This document shows, one piece after another, positions 1 through 13,769 of a stretch of DNA of 64,000 nt (position 1 is its first letter; each line of letters opens with the position of its first letter). Position numbers and translations under genes: made by a program. Source of the DNA: the human T2T-CHM13v2.0 reference genome, Homo sapiens. The stretch is from the NCBI RefSeq assembly GCF_009914755.1, contig NC_060940.1. The stretch is one strand, 5' to 3'. The notes beneath the pieces were generated by a model. It worked only from the letters and a program-made list of their open reading frames with translations. It did no database searches and was not told where the DNA came from.

Positions 1-1138
1 GCGGTAACAAGAGTCCTGGTCGTGGGAAGGCAGTGTTGGTGGGGGACCGGGGCTGCGGTCTTCAGAGGCTGCCTGAGTCTCACTAAGTTTCTCCTCAGAA
101 CAATGGGGGAGTGGCTGGCTCCCATCTGGTGTCCTGTTCATCTCAGGAGCCCCCAGCTCCAGGTACAGATACGAGGAGGCCAAGGCCAAGGCCCTCCCAG
201 CCAGCTCCAGAGTATGAAGGGGTCATCGTCCTTGGTCACCCACCTGGAGGGTCCGAGCTCCGTTTGGCCAGCGACCCCTGGCCCTCGCTGTCATCAGCTT
301 GCCTGGTGCTTTGCGGGTGCCTGATGACTGTGGAGTGACGTTGAATGGAAAGGCCAGGAGGCTCCATCTGAGGATGTATGCTGGCCCTGAAGGCCAGCGT
401 GGGGAACAAGAGCCGAATGGCCATGCCGGGTGGGAGACGTGTGTGCTGTTCACGGCACACCTCGGCTGCCTGCCTTCTCCCTGACTGTGTGCCATGAGCC
501 ACATTCGTGAGGGTAAATGTGTGTGTGTGAGTCCCTTCCTCGCCTCTGTCAGAGACTGCAGGAACCTTGGAGGTGTTTGGAAGGGATAGGAGACCCCCCC
601 AGCCCCCACGTCCTGATCCCTTCGTCCCCTGCAGACGGTTCCTCTGACAGAAGCTGACAAGAGCCATTTCCAAGATGGATTGATTCAATTTAGCACAAAT
701 TTTTGCCGGATTTGGTGACGTATGGCTCCCTGTTGGAACCGCATTGAATGTGACTCCAAAGAGAGAGGCTTTATTAGGCCAAGCCGCGCTGAGCAGGTGG
801 GGCCCCGGGGGCCAAGCACCCCCATGCCGCCACCATCAGATGTACCCGCCCTGGAGCCCTCAGGGCTCCCTGCCTGCCCCTCGGCTCTCCCATCATTAGG
901 GGGCCGCTCAGCTGCTCAGAAAGAAAGTGCTTTGTGAGCCGGCTTTTCATTATACTCTGGGGGCTGAATTTCCATTTTATTCCCAGAAGCAAAGTTTTGC
1001 TGCCACGAGGACCCCACTGTGTGAGGCCCAGCACGAAAGACTCCTTCCCTCTGGGCTGATAAATTCTTAATGGGGCTGTACTCCAGCATCCCCTGGGCTC
1101 ACCCACCGCTTCCCCGCAGCCCAGGACCAGGGCCCGAG

Positions 1139-1277
1139 CGTGCGTGTGTGTGTGTCTGTGTGTGTGTGTGTCTGTGTGTGTGTGTGTCAGTGTGTGTGTG
1201 TCGGTGTGGCCTGCGTGCACCCGCCTTGGCGGGGGCACACCTGGCAGCCTTGCTTTGTGCCTGCAGCTGTGTGTGTG
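1139..1277. repeat. (TG)n microsatellite, interrupted
   Basis: Direct reading of TG runs. Confidence 0.9.
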
Positions 1278-1789
1278 AGAACAGGCCCTGGGCTTGGTAC
1301 CTCAGCAGGGGCCGGGGCTGTTTCTGAGGCTCTCTGCTGGAAAACACTGGAAGGGAGGGGGAACCCAGCCTTTTTAGGGAAGCTGCCCCCCAAGTGTGGG
1401 TGCACGTAGCTTTGGCCTTGTTGTAGGAACCCTCCCACGGCTCCCATGCATGAAGAGTGAAAGTCAGAGTTGCCCCTGGAACCCCAGAGCCCCCCGCGAC
1501 CCCTGCAGGCCTCCTGCTCAACCTGCTCCCTGCACCATGTGCCCTACTCCTGCCTCACAGGCCTCATGGCTCCGGCCTCATGGCTCCAGCCTCAGGGCCT
1601 CTGCACCTGCCGTTCCCTTTCCCTGAAGCGCTGTTCCCAGGTCTGCACAAGCTCATGCTCCCGGCTCCTCCTTTATCCAAAAGCAGCCAACCTTGACCAC
1701 TCTGTCAAAAACTGGGTCAAAAAGCACCCCGTTCCTCTCTGGCTTTATTTTTCCACTTGCATGCGTTGCTCTTTAATAGCACGTACCCG

Positions 1790-1890
1790 TAAAGCTCCAT
1801 GAAGACAAGGGCTGCGCTCTTGTTTCTTCACTCCTATGTCCTCAGTGCCCAGAACAGTGCCTGGCACTCAGTGAACATTAGACGGATGGA
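1790..1890 (+). mobile_element. L2 LINE 3' end fragment
   Basis: aagctccatgaagacaaggg...cagtgcccagaacagtgcctggcac resembles the L2 terminus. Confidence 0.65.
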
Positions 1891-1978
1891 AGAGGTGCTG
1901 ACCAAGTGCCTGGCTTTCTGTGGCCATCTGAGCTGGACTCAGAGAAGCAAGAACCTGGAAGGCTTTTCCCTTTCTATG

Positions 1979-2700
<722 letters not shown>

Positions 2701-3960
2701 CAGGGCAGAGACCCCTGCAGGCTGCTTGGAGGGCTCGATCCCCAGCCTCTCCCACTGCTCTGTAGTCAGGGTCTCCATGCAGGAGTGGAGGGAGGTGCAT
2801 CGCAGTGTTGTGAGGGTCCGGGGGCTGGATGCAATGTGTGGGTGGGAGCAGAGGAGAGAGAATTTGCACAAGGTGTAAGGAGCACTGTTCTGCGAGTCCA
2901 CAGCCTGGCTGGGCCCACCATGGGCATTATTAAACCCTGGCTGTGAGGCAGGGGTGTGGCCCTGGGGTCATCCTCTCAGCAGAGCCCCCTCAACGCCAAG
3001 CCTGGACCCAGGCAGTATTCACCGCAGCTGTGACCCAGAGGGAACACAGCAGGTGGCTGTGAAGCAGTTAGAGTAGGTAGCAGGACCAGCCAGGCACCCA
3101 GGACAGCTGTCGGGCCCCAGGACAGCGTCTTGCAGCGAGGCCTGGGTTCTCCAGAAGGGACTCCACACTCGCCGTGCTTCTGCGAGCCAGGACAGCCTGT
3201 GCTACTCCCCAAATCCTGGCTGTGCCATCCGTCTGCCTGATGGGAACCCCACGCTTCAAAGTGCTCACGGGCTAATCCTGCCCCTTCCCCAAGATTTTTT
3301 CGGGGACTGCTTTTGATATGTGTGGTGTTTTCTTCCCTCTCTTCTGAGGCAAATGGCTGATTGATTGCTTTTCATCTCCTACTTTGAGTAGCTGTAAGAG
3401 CTACTTTATATAAACATCAATTACAGGCACGTAATAAATTAAGGGTCCCTCACACCACACGCATTAGAGTCCACTCCGATATCAAAGCGCTCCCATCACC
3501 CAGGGAACGGGAGCGGTGGGGGCTGATTAGCCAGTGATGTTGGTGGAGACAGAAGCTAATTTAATCGCAGGTCCGAGAGGGTCGGGTATAGGGGGACCCC
3601 AATCTTGCCTGTGTATTTCCGGCCTGCTGACTCACAGGGACAGCTGGGCAGCGGTGCATCACCAGACAAGGCCTTGAGAGAGTTGGAAGGGCTAGCTACA
3701 ACCATGGTGTTCTGCCCACCACACTTTATCTGACCCTAAACCCCAGCTGCCATGGGGAGCTCTGGAATCCCTGAAAACAGTCCTGTACGCTTGCCGCTGT
3801 CTGCTTTCTCGGGACCCACAGCCTGAGTTTTGAGCCCTGTGGGCGTCTCCATCACTCTGCTCTGTGGTCCATCAGCCCATCTGGGGAGCTCCTCACCTGG
3901 CCCAGCAGGGACCCCCCAGCCACACCTGACTCCTGCTGCCTCTGTGTCCTGCCTCTCCCT

Positions 3961-4130
3961 CTCCCGGCTCAGAGATGGCAGCTGGGAGCATGAACCCAGA
4001 CTCCAGCCCGCCTGGGTTTTCCCTCCCGGCTCAGAGATGGCAGCTGGGAGCATGAACCCGGACTCTAGCCTATCTGGTTCCTCCTCTCCCAGCTCAGCCA
4101 CTTTGCAGCTGGGTGACCTAAGGCCACTGC
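3961..4130 (+). repeat. ~62-bp tandem duplication (about 2.2 copies) in a MIR-like sequence
   Basis: ctcccggctcagagatggcagctgggagcatgaaccc at 3961 and 4023; partial third copy at 4086. Confidence 0.85.
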
Positions 4131-4589
4131 CCTACCGTCTCTGTGCCCCCATTTGCTCCTGAGTATTGTGGGAAGAACAGCTTCCCACAGTGGTTGAAAC
4201 AGTGCCTAGAAGCACTAGCCGTCCCCACTGTGGGGGGCTCCTGCAGGCTACCCCCCTCACCGCTCTCGCACCCAACGTCCTCTCTTCTCTTCCCCCTCTG
4301 CTGCTCCTCAACCTCAAAACACATTCCCAGGCTTCACTGGGCCAGCCCCTTCTTTGTCTGTCCAGCTTCTAGAAGGACTTGGGGGAATCTGCTGCCTCCA
4401 GGCCTCACCCTCCTCCTCCAGGAAGCAGAAGGAATCCCGCCTGAATCTCCACAGCTCTCCTGGGCCCTGTACCTCCTGCCTGGTGCAAGGCCCCTGGGCC
4501 ACTCCTTCCCTGTCCTGCTCCTGAGAAAGGGCTGCTCTTGGAGCCCCCCACCCCCGGTGCACACTGCAGACCGGGGAGGGGGGGTCCCA

Positions 4590-4820
4590 CATTCCTTCAA
4601 ACATCAGAATCCCCCCGGGGCAGGGCACGTGTACAATGCAGAAATCGGGACCCCACCGCGGTGTCTGATACTCTGGGTCAGGGCCCCGGGATCTGCATCT
4701 GCATTTCTGCTCCCAGGTGGTACTGCTGCTATGTGGGATCCTCCTGTTGAGACCCCTCCACACTGGAATCCCTGGGGCCTCCTAAAGAAAACAAAAGACC
4801 CCAGGCTCCCCGGGTGATTC
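4590..4820. mobile_element. Degenerate MER5-like (hAT-Charlie) fragment(s)
   Basis: catcagaatc...aatgcaga..ccccacc..ctctggg..gggcccc.ggatctgcat..cccaggtg..ctgctgct pattern. Confidence 0.45.
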
Positions 4821-4904
4821 CAGGCTGAAGAAAGAGGGAGTCTCCCTTGGGTGCAGAGGTCAGGGCTGATCACTCTCCCTGCCTCCTTCTGGAAGAACCC
4901 CTTG

Positions 4905-5040
4905 CCCACCCAGCCCTCTTCCCCTGCTCTCTTTCTCCTCTTATCTTCCCCCCTCCCCTCTCTTCCTCCTCTTCTGTCTCCCCTCTCCCCTCCCCGGTTT
5001 CTCTCTTCCCCTCTCCCTCTGTGCTCTTCCTCTCCCTCCA
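4905..5040. repeat. CT-rich polypyrimidine low-complexity tract
   Basis: Almost pure C/T for ~130 bp. Confidence 0.85.
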
Positions 5041-5643
5041 GTTGAGATTCAGGGGAGAAGGGCCAGGAACCCCCAGGCCTTCCCTGGAAACACCTCTGCA
5101 CTGCTGCCTGCATTTCCTCCTTCGTGGGACACCACCCCCACATCCTTTGCACCCTCTGAGTCCTGCCCCCAGGATGCCCGCATGCTCTAGAGTCCCCCCC
5201 CTCCCCAGGGCAGCTCCTGGGGCATCCTTGGCTCTGGAGGAGGGACAGGGCAGTCAGGCCTGGAGGTGGCGGGCTTGGCTGTGTAGCCCCCTTGCCTGGG
5301 AGAATGACACCGCTGGAAGCTTGGCACGGCCTCCGGGAAGGCGGCCAGCCCCACTCTTCACCCTGCTGGGCTTGTCACACAGGCGGCTGAGCTCAGAGGC
5401 TCTGCGCCCATTGTCCCTGGGAAGGGCCTCTATTGCCAGAAACCTCTCATTCCAGGATGGAGGTTTCCCAAGTCCAGATCACACGTCCAGACCCCGAGTG
5501 CCTGCTCTCTGCCTGCCCCTTGCCCCAGGGGGTTGGTCAGGGCCTTGGCAGGAGGTTCCTGAGCCCCCAATAGCTCCTCTCCCTGTCCCTGCAGGGATCC
5601 TGGGAGCTGCAGGCCACGCTGATGAGTCAGAGGCTTGGCAGGG

Positions 5644-5852
5644 ATGTGTGTGTGCATGCACATGTGCGTGTGTTTGCCCGTACGTGTGTGTGGGCATGTA
5701 TTTGTGTGTTTGCCTATGAGTGTGCATGTGAGCGTGCATGCATGTTTGTGTGTGTGTGCAGTTGTACCCATGGGCACATGTGAATATCTGTGTGGGTGGA
5801 TGTGTGTGCATGTGTGTGTATGAATGCATGCCTATGGATGTGTGTGCACACG
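5644..5852. repeat. Degenerate (TG)/(CATG) simple repeat
   Basis: Alternating purine-pyrimidine tract. Confidence 0.85.
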
Positions 5853-7179
5853 TGTCAGGGGTGCTCCGCCTCCGGGGAGCCCAGGAGGCAATCTTGCTGC
5901 TCCCAGTGTGCCTCACTTTGACAAACAAGCCCTGATGTTTCCCAATCGGCATTCCAGCTTTCTGAAATCACAGTTTCCATCTGCGGGCACCCGCCTCACC
6001 TCTGCCCCCATCCCCGTCCTCAGGGTCCTGCACTCCAGCCCGGAGGCAGTGCCCGGGGAGCCAGGAGGGGCCTGGTCTCAGCCCACGCTCTCCTGAGGCT
6101 CCTCCTGCCAGCCTCCTGGGCCGTGGGGCTTCCGTGCTCAGCAGGGTTAAGTAGCGAGCTGGCAGTGGGTGAGGAAGAAACACAACTGCTTCTTTAGCTT
6201 CGGGGCCTGGGGTCACCCGGAGAGTCTGCTGATGAGATCTGGCAGCGGGTGGGCGGAGGGACGTGGGGGAAGGCAGGAGCTCAGAAAGAAGGGCCAGAGG
6301 CTGGTCTTAGCCTGGCCTGTGTCCTCTGAGGACCCTGGGGCGCCAGGGGCCCAGACTGGGCCAGGCAGTTTTCTGTGTGGGGGGAGATCGCCTGAACAGG
6401 TCGGGGGGCGTGGAGGGCGGGGGCTGGAGTTGGAAATGTCCCTGATGCCTTCCAGGGCACCCTGCAGCTGGGCTGTGCAGACCTGAGGTCTGAGGCTAGG
6501 ATGGGGTGGGGTGGAAACACATTGGAACCTGCTCTTCAGTGGCCCCCAGCACATGTGGACAGAGCCCTTTAAGCACCCCAGAAACACGGGGGAAGAAAGC
6601 CGGTCCCCTCCTGCCTCTTCTGCCAAGGCCTTAAGCCTGCCTTTCCCCACCGGCTCTGGCCAGTGGCTGTTCCCACCCGGAGCCTGGGACTCCACTCTGC
6701 TGTCACAGCACCGCACACGTTGGGCAGGGGGCAAGCAGGGGAAAGGGCAGAGAGGAGATGGCAGGAGGAGGAATAAAATGCCAGTGCCTGGCAGCAGGCG
6801 AGGCTGGGAAAGGAGGCCTGGGGGTAGTGGCATCCCTGGTCTTCACTCCAGTCTTCCCTCTTGACAGAGCTTCCCCAGAGCTAAGTCTGTGGTCCCTGCT
6901 GGGGACAGATTGTGTCACGTGAGCCTCACAGGGACCAGACCCCTGGAGTACTCACTCCTGGGAGGCCTGGGGAAGGGGGCGGAGCTGGGCTGTGATCTGG
7001 TGCCAGCACCTGTGATCTCAGGACCTTGGGCAGGCTGCTGCTCTACCTGTGACCTTGTGACTGTGACTGGGAGACAGAGCCGGCACCCACTCACCAGAGT
7101 TCAAGGGGGCGGTGGGCGGGAATGTTGGAGTGTGGTGTGGCCCGGGGTGGTGGATATTTCAACAATGATTAAATATTCC

Positions 7180-7372
7180 CTGGAGATCAGCCTGGGCTGC
7201 ATAGAGAGACCCCCATCTCTACAAAAAAAAAAAAAAAAAAAAAAAATTAGCCAGGCTTGGAGGATCTCTTGAGCCCAGGAGGTCGAGTTTGCACTGAGAC
7301 ATGATGGCACCATTGCCCTCACTCTACAAGGCAACAGAGGAGACCCTGTCTCAAAAAAAAAAAAAAAAAAAA
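7180..7372 (+). mobile_element. Truncated, internally deleted old Alu (AluJ-like)
   Basis: cagcctgggc..catagagagacccc.atctctac(A)n ttagccagg, ggaggatc.cttgagcccaggaggtcgag, gaccctgtctc(A)n. Confidence 0.85.
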
Positions 7373-7420
7373 AGATTTAAGAAATTACCCGAGACTCAGT
7401 TTCCTCAGCTGTAACATTAG

Positions 7421-7865
<445 letters not shown>

Positions 7866-9199
7866 ATGTCTTGGTTCTGGATGTTCCTGGTGGGTGGGGG
7901 CTTCTGCCTTCGTTGTGGGCAGGCTGTGTCCCCCCTCGCTGGGGAGATGAAGGCAGCCTAGGGTTCGACAGCACACAGGGACCATCAGATGGGTCCCTCC
8001 TGGTGTCTCTGTGGGAGGCGGGAGGAGATGGGTTACCTGAGGACACACGCAGGGGCCTAGGTTCTAGCACAGCCATGTGTCCTTGGTCCTGCTGCTTAAC
8101 CTCCCCGTGCCACAGCTTTCTCATCTGTGAAATGGGGCAATAGAGCTGCCAGTGACCAAGTGAGTTCTGCACATAAAAAGCTTCCAGCAGACTCCTGGAG
8201 ACAGTAACACATTAGTGCCCGTATGTGTGATCTTGTGATGGGGTGAAGACACTGGGGCCTCAGCCCAGAAGCTTCCACCTGCTCTCAGGCCTTGTGCTGA
8301 AGCGGTTTGCCTGGAGAGAGTGGAAGTGGCTGCCTGCTCCCCACCAACCGGCCCCTGAATCCCACGCTCCCCTCCCCCCGCCTGCCTAAGCTCAGCATTC
8401 GCCACCACCTCCAGCCCCGGCAGCCTTTTCTCCTTTTCTTTTCTCGTTTTATCTCACCAGCAGAGCATCTTGCAGTCGGTCATTCCATTTCATTTCTGGT
8501 CTTCGGAGAGTGACATTTACATATTAATATTTTCTAAGGGAGCCCCGTGCACGGAGCCAGTGTCCGCCTCATGGCCTCACATGCTGTGCGGGAGATAAAG
8601 CAGGCTCCGCCGTGAAGAACGACAAGCGGAGCCGCGTGGTCGCGAAAGGCCTTGCGTGTGCCCCGTCAGTGTGTGGCGCCTGGCAGGGCTGATGGAGCGC
8701 CCCTCTCCCCTCCAAGGTTTATCTCTGCTCACAGAGGATGTGTGCTTTGTCAGGGGCTCTGCCTCCCCGTCGCTTCCTGCTGCCGGCCCCAAGCCGGGCA
8801 CCAGGGACACGGCTCCTGGCCCGAGATGCCCTGACAGGCGCGTCGGCTGGAACTGGGCACAGCCGGCCAGCGCCAGCCAGGCTATCACTGCCCTGCAGAG
8901 GCTGCTGCCACGGCCCCGCCATCCCCGGCCACCCAGACATCTGTGCCTGCAGGCCCAGATCCAGTGACGCCTTGGTGGGGGGCTTTGGGTGTGCCCCCCG
9001 GGGTCAGTTCTCTCTGGGTGTGAGGGCCCAAGAGAGAATGAAGGGGGTCTCTGGGTGATGAGTGTGCCCACCATGGATGGGGCAGATTGTGGAAGGAGAT
9101 ATGGAATGGAGCCACAGGACGGTGCCCTGACCGCGTGGCCGGAACCGTCCTGTGTGCTGTGTCTGTGTCATCTCATTCGCTGTCACACAGGGATGCAAC

Positions 9200-9460
9200 T
9201 GTGTGTGTTACATCAGAGGAAACCGAGGCGCAGAAGTAACTTGGCCAAGGTCTCACAGCTGGGAGCCAAGGCTGGGCTGCTGAAGGGGCCTTCAGGGTGG
9301 GTCACATTCAGCTTCCGGCCCCAATTCTGCCTTCAGCCAGCAGTTGCTCTCTCTGAGATTCAGTTTCCCCAGCTGTAAAATGGGGACAGCAGCGCCTCAG
9401 TGCTGCATCTTATGCATAGGTGAGGTTCAGAGTCAGTCTATAAAGCCAGAATGTGGTGTG
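9200..9460. mobile_element. MIR fragments (minus ~9200-9290, plus ~9330-9460)
   Basis: gaggaaaccgaggc..aagtaacttggccaaggtc and cagtttccccagctgtaaaatgggg core motifs. Confidence 0.6.
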
Positions 9461-9729
9461 CGGATGGCCTTGTTTTAAATCACCCAGCAAGCAGGGGACG
9501 TGCTCTCAGGTGTGCCCAGAGCTGCCACCGTGGGTTTAGCACCCCTGTGGTATAAAAAGGACCTATCCTTACGCAAGACTGACACCTGGCACTGTGAGAT
9601 ACCCACGCAGGAAGGAAGCCCTGTCTTGCCACCCAGCTCAGGCTCACACCTGGGCCCCCAACACACACCCCCGTTTTGTCCTCCGCTGGCTCGTGTTTTT
9701 CTTCTCTGGACCTGGATCCAGGCAGGACC

Positions 9730-9960
9730 ACATGGTGTTGAGAAGCGCACTCTGGACCCGTCTGCCTCGGTTCAGATCCCAGCGCCTCCCTCACCATGTA
9801 TGGCTGCAGATCACTTTGCATTTTGTGCCTCAGTTTCTCCTCTGGACAAGTGGAGTAATGAAGCCACTACCTCATAGGGATTTGTGAGGGCTAAATGAGG
9901 TACTGGGTATCAAGTGTGGGACCACTTAGGTTCTAGGTATTTGTAAACGTTTTCCCCTAT
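9730..9960 (+). mobile_element. MIR
   Basis: gcactctgga..ctgcctcggttcagatccc; tgtgcctcagtttctcctctg; tacctcataggg.tttgtgagg.ctaaatgag. Confidence 0.7.
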
Positions 9961-9965
9961 GACCC

Positions 9966-10925
9966 TCATCATCATCACCTTCACCACCATCTGTATCATC
10001 ACCATCACCACCATCGTCACTTTTACCACCATCACTATCATCATCACCATCACCACCACCATCACCGGTCTCCATCATCATCACCTTCACCACCATCATC
10101 ACTTTTACCACCATCACTATCATCATCACCATCACCGGTCTCCATCATCATCACCTTCACCACCATCATCACTTTTACTACCATCACTATCATCATCACC
10201 ATCACCGGTCTCCATCATCATCACCTTCACCACCATCATCACTTTTACCACCATCACTATCATCATCACCATCACCGGTCTCCATCATCATCACCTTCAC
10301 CACCATCATCACTTTTACCACCATCACTATCATCATCACCATCACCACCACCATCACCAGTCTCCATCATCATCACTTTCACCACCATCATCACCATCAC
10401 CACCACCATCACCAGTCTCCATCATCATCACCTTCACCACCATCATCACCATCACCACCATCATCACCATCACCACCATCATCACCATCACCACCATCAT
10501 CACCAGTCTCCATCATCATCACCATCACCACCATCATCACCATCACCACCATCATCACCATCACCACCATCATCACCAGTCTCCATCATCATCACCATCA
10601 CCACCATCATCACCATCACCACCATCATCACTTTTAGTCTCCACCATCATCACTTTCACCACCATCACCACCATCACCGGTCTCCATCATCATCACCTTC
10701 ACCACCATCATCACCATCACCACCACCATCACCAGTCTCCATCATCATCACCTTCACCACCATCACCACAGTCTCCATCACCTTCACCACCATCACCACA
10801 GTCTCCATCACTGTCATCATCATCACCATCACCATCACCACCATCAGCATCACCATCACCACCATATCACCACCGTTGTCATCACCACAACCAGCAATTG
10901 TGGTCACTGTCATCGTCATTCATGG
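9966..10925. repeat. (CAT/CAC)n array with a 70-bp higher-order minisatellite (4 near-identical copies, 10061-10340)
   Basis: Unit atcaccggtctccatcatcatcaccttcaccaccatcatcacttttaccaccatcactatcatcatcacc at 10061, 10131, 10201, 10271; one substitution at 10179. Confidence 0.95.
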
Positions 10926-11125
10926 CTAAGGAGTCCAAGTGCTCCCCTTCCTTCCTGAGACTGGTGCTCTGGGATTCTAGAAAGCCCGGCTGGGGGTAAG
11001 GAGAAGGAAGGCACCTTTCTCTCATGCCCTCTATACTTGGGAAAGGGTCCCAGAGCCTTCTCCTTATGACCCACGGTGCTTTGGGGCTTCTGGCCCTTCT
11101 GGGTGCATAGGGAGGCCCAGGACCC

Positions 11126-11473
11126 TGTCTTAGTCAGCTCAGGCTGCTATAACAAAATACCATAGACCAGGTGGCTTAACAACCATCGAAATGTACTGCT
11201 TCAATTTCTGGAGGCTGAAAGTCCAAGATCAAGGTGCTGGCAGATGAGGTGTTTGGTGAGGGCTCACCTCGTGGTTCCTGGATGGTGCCCTCTCGCTGTA
11301 TCCTCACATGGTGAAAGGGGGGACCCTTTAACAGGAGCTTAATCCCATCGTGAGGGCCGCGCTCTCATGCCCTAATCACCTCCAAAGGCCCCAACTCCTA
11401 ACACCATCACTTTGGGGGTGAGGATTTCAACACAGGAATTGGAGGCGGGGACACAAACATTTGGATTGTAGCA
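11126..11473 (-). mobile_element. MaLR LTR (MLT1A/MLT1A0-like)
   Basis: tgtcttagtcagctcaggctgctataacaaaataccataga...aagtccaagatcaaggtgctggcagat...ggggacacaaacatt. Confidence 0.85.
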
Positions 11474-11482
11474 GACCCCTGA

Positions 11483-11824
<342 letters not shown>

Positions 11825-13769
11825 CCTGCTCCTATTTTTATTCTCAACCTTTCAGAAGCCAAGACTACCCAACACACACCCACATTCTGTTTTTCTGATT
11901 TTCTGCCAGAGAAAAAGATTTTGTGGATCACAATGGGGACCAGCCTGGGGGGAAGGAGAAACAGGGCAGCGTCCTAAGTACAGGACCAAGGACCAAGTGG
12001 GCCTGGTCCCGCCCGCCACCCTCTGACAGCTGGCCAGCACTGCCCTGGATGGAGGTGGCTTGGCAGACAGACCGGTCCAACAGGTCTTTGCTTGGGGCCG
12101 GAAAGTCTCAGCCGGGGTTGAGGAGCCTTTGGGAGCCCAACGAGCCGGTTTGTCTGGGTTCTTCGTGAAGATCTCAGGGATCAACATGCTCATGCTGACA
12201 CCCTGACCTCCGGGCTGCACCTCCGTCTTGACTAGTGCTGGGAGGCCTTGGACTCCTGACCACCGATTGCCATCCGCTGATACTTGATGTGGTCCCGGGG
12301 CAGGGTCAGAGATCAGAGGCACTGGCGCCAGGCGTGGGAGCTGGTTTTCTGTTTAGATTTAGAGACATAAACCCAAAGAGTGACCCTGTGCCTGTACTTA
12401 AACCTCACCTCGCGCTCACCTTTGTAGAGGAGGAACTGGAGCTCAGAGCAAACTTGTGAAGCAGCCAGGATGGGGTCCAAAGCTCCTGTCTCCCATCCAC
12501 TGCCGTCCTCCCAGCCCAGCCTCCTTGGGCACACTCACTCTCCTCCTGCCTGCAGCAGAATCCTGTCCAGGGCCCAGCCTGCGGGCATCAATAGGCCAGG
12601 GTTTCAGGCCCAGCTTTACCTGCAGCAGTTCAGCTCTGGGCACGTTTGGGTCCTCTGTGGACCTCGGTATCTTCTTCTTTACAGTGGTGTCCCTGAAGTC
12701 CCCTTCCTGCTCAGGCATCCTTCCCTTGCAGTCAGTAACATGTGTTTGCAGCCTCCCTGTCCCTCTGCATCTGAGTAGCGGCTAAGGGGTTTCCATCTCC
12801 CGCCTGGAGGAGCAGGAGTGTGTTGCTCTGTGGAGGGCAGGGGCCTGGTTGTGCACTGGAGCCGCCCTGAGAGGGGCCAGCCTCTTTCTGTCTGAGTGTT
12901 CTCACCCCATAAAATCCGGAGCGCGCTGGCGCTCAGCCCAGGGGGTCGTGGAGGGTTCCCACACGACTCTTGTAAGATCCTCTGCTAATGAGGTCCCGGC
13001 AGTGCCAAGTGTTCCCGTGACAGAGCGTGCCAGCGTGAAGCTGGGCCCCGCTCACAGAAGCCAGGGGCATCTTCTAGCTGGCAAAGGTGGCAGGGGAACC
13101 AGCCTCCCATGGGAACCTCTCCAGAGCCTCCTAGAAACTCCAGGAGACCCCATGGGAAGACGGTCTTTGGAAGCCAGGCAGGCATATCTGGGCGGATGGC
13201 TGCTCTAAGGATTTAATGAGACATTCATCAGCCCCCACCCAACCAGCCTTAATGGATGCCTTATGAAGTGGGGCTCCCTCCTCTCCTCCTCCCACAGCCC
13301 TGGATGAGTTGTGGGATTGGCCGGGCCGTGGCTTGTCCAGTATCCCACCTCTTTCCCTGCACTGCGCCCTTCCCAAAGCCTGCCTGAGCTGTGGTCAGGG
13401 CCGTCAGGACTGGGTCAGGTATAAAAGATGTCCACAGCCCAGGGCCCACCCCATAGCCCCCTGCCCCCAGGATGCAGCTCTCCCTCCCCTCCCCAGCCCA
13501 TCCCTCCCCATGTCCTTCCAGGGTCAGTAGCACTCCCTCCCTGCCAGAGGAGACCTTCCTGCCCGCCTCATCCAACCGACTCACCCCCGCGTTTCTCGTG
13601 AGAGTGATTGGATCCAGCCAGTGGTGCTGTTCTGAGAACTGCCTGTGTCTCCGGCCTTAGCTCATCTGTGGCTCACAAAGTGGGGATAATTTGCATCCTA
13701 CTGATGGGGAAACTGAGTCACCTGGCGGTGACATCTCTTGCCCCAGGTTCACAGCAGGCCGGCTCCGAG

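Noticed and set aside
4847-5719. 290-aa Pro/Ser/Leu-rich ORF
   Set aside because: Built from a CT tract and TG repeat; non-ATG start; no homology recognised.
10061-10340. Regular repeat array resembling CRISPR
   Set aside because: No unique spacers and a eukaryotic context; it is a tandem minisatellite.
9959-10999. 346-aa His/Thr/Ser-rich ORF
   Set aside because: Entirely simple-repeat derived; CAT/CAC triplets lack stops; no splice or promoter evidence.
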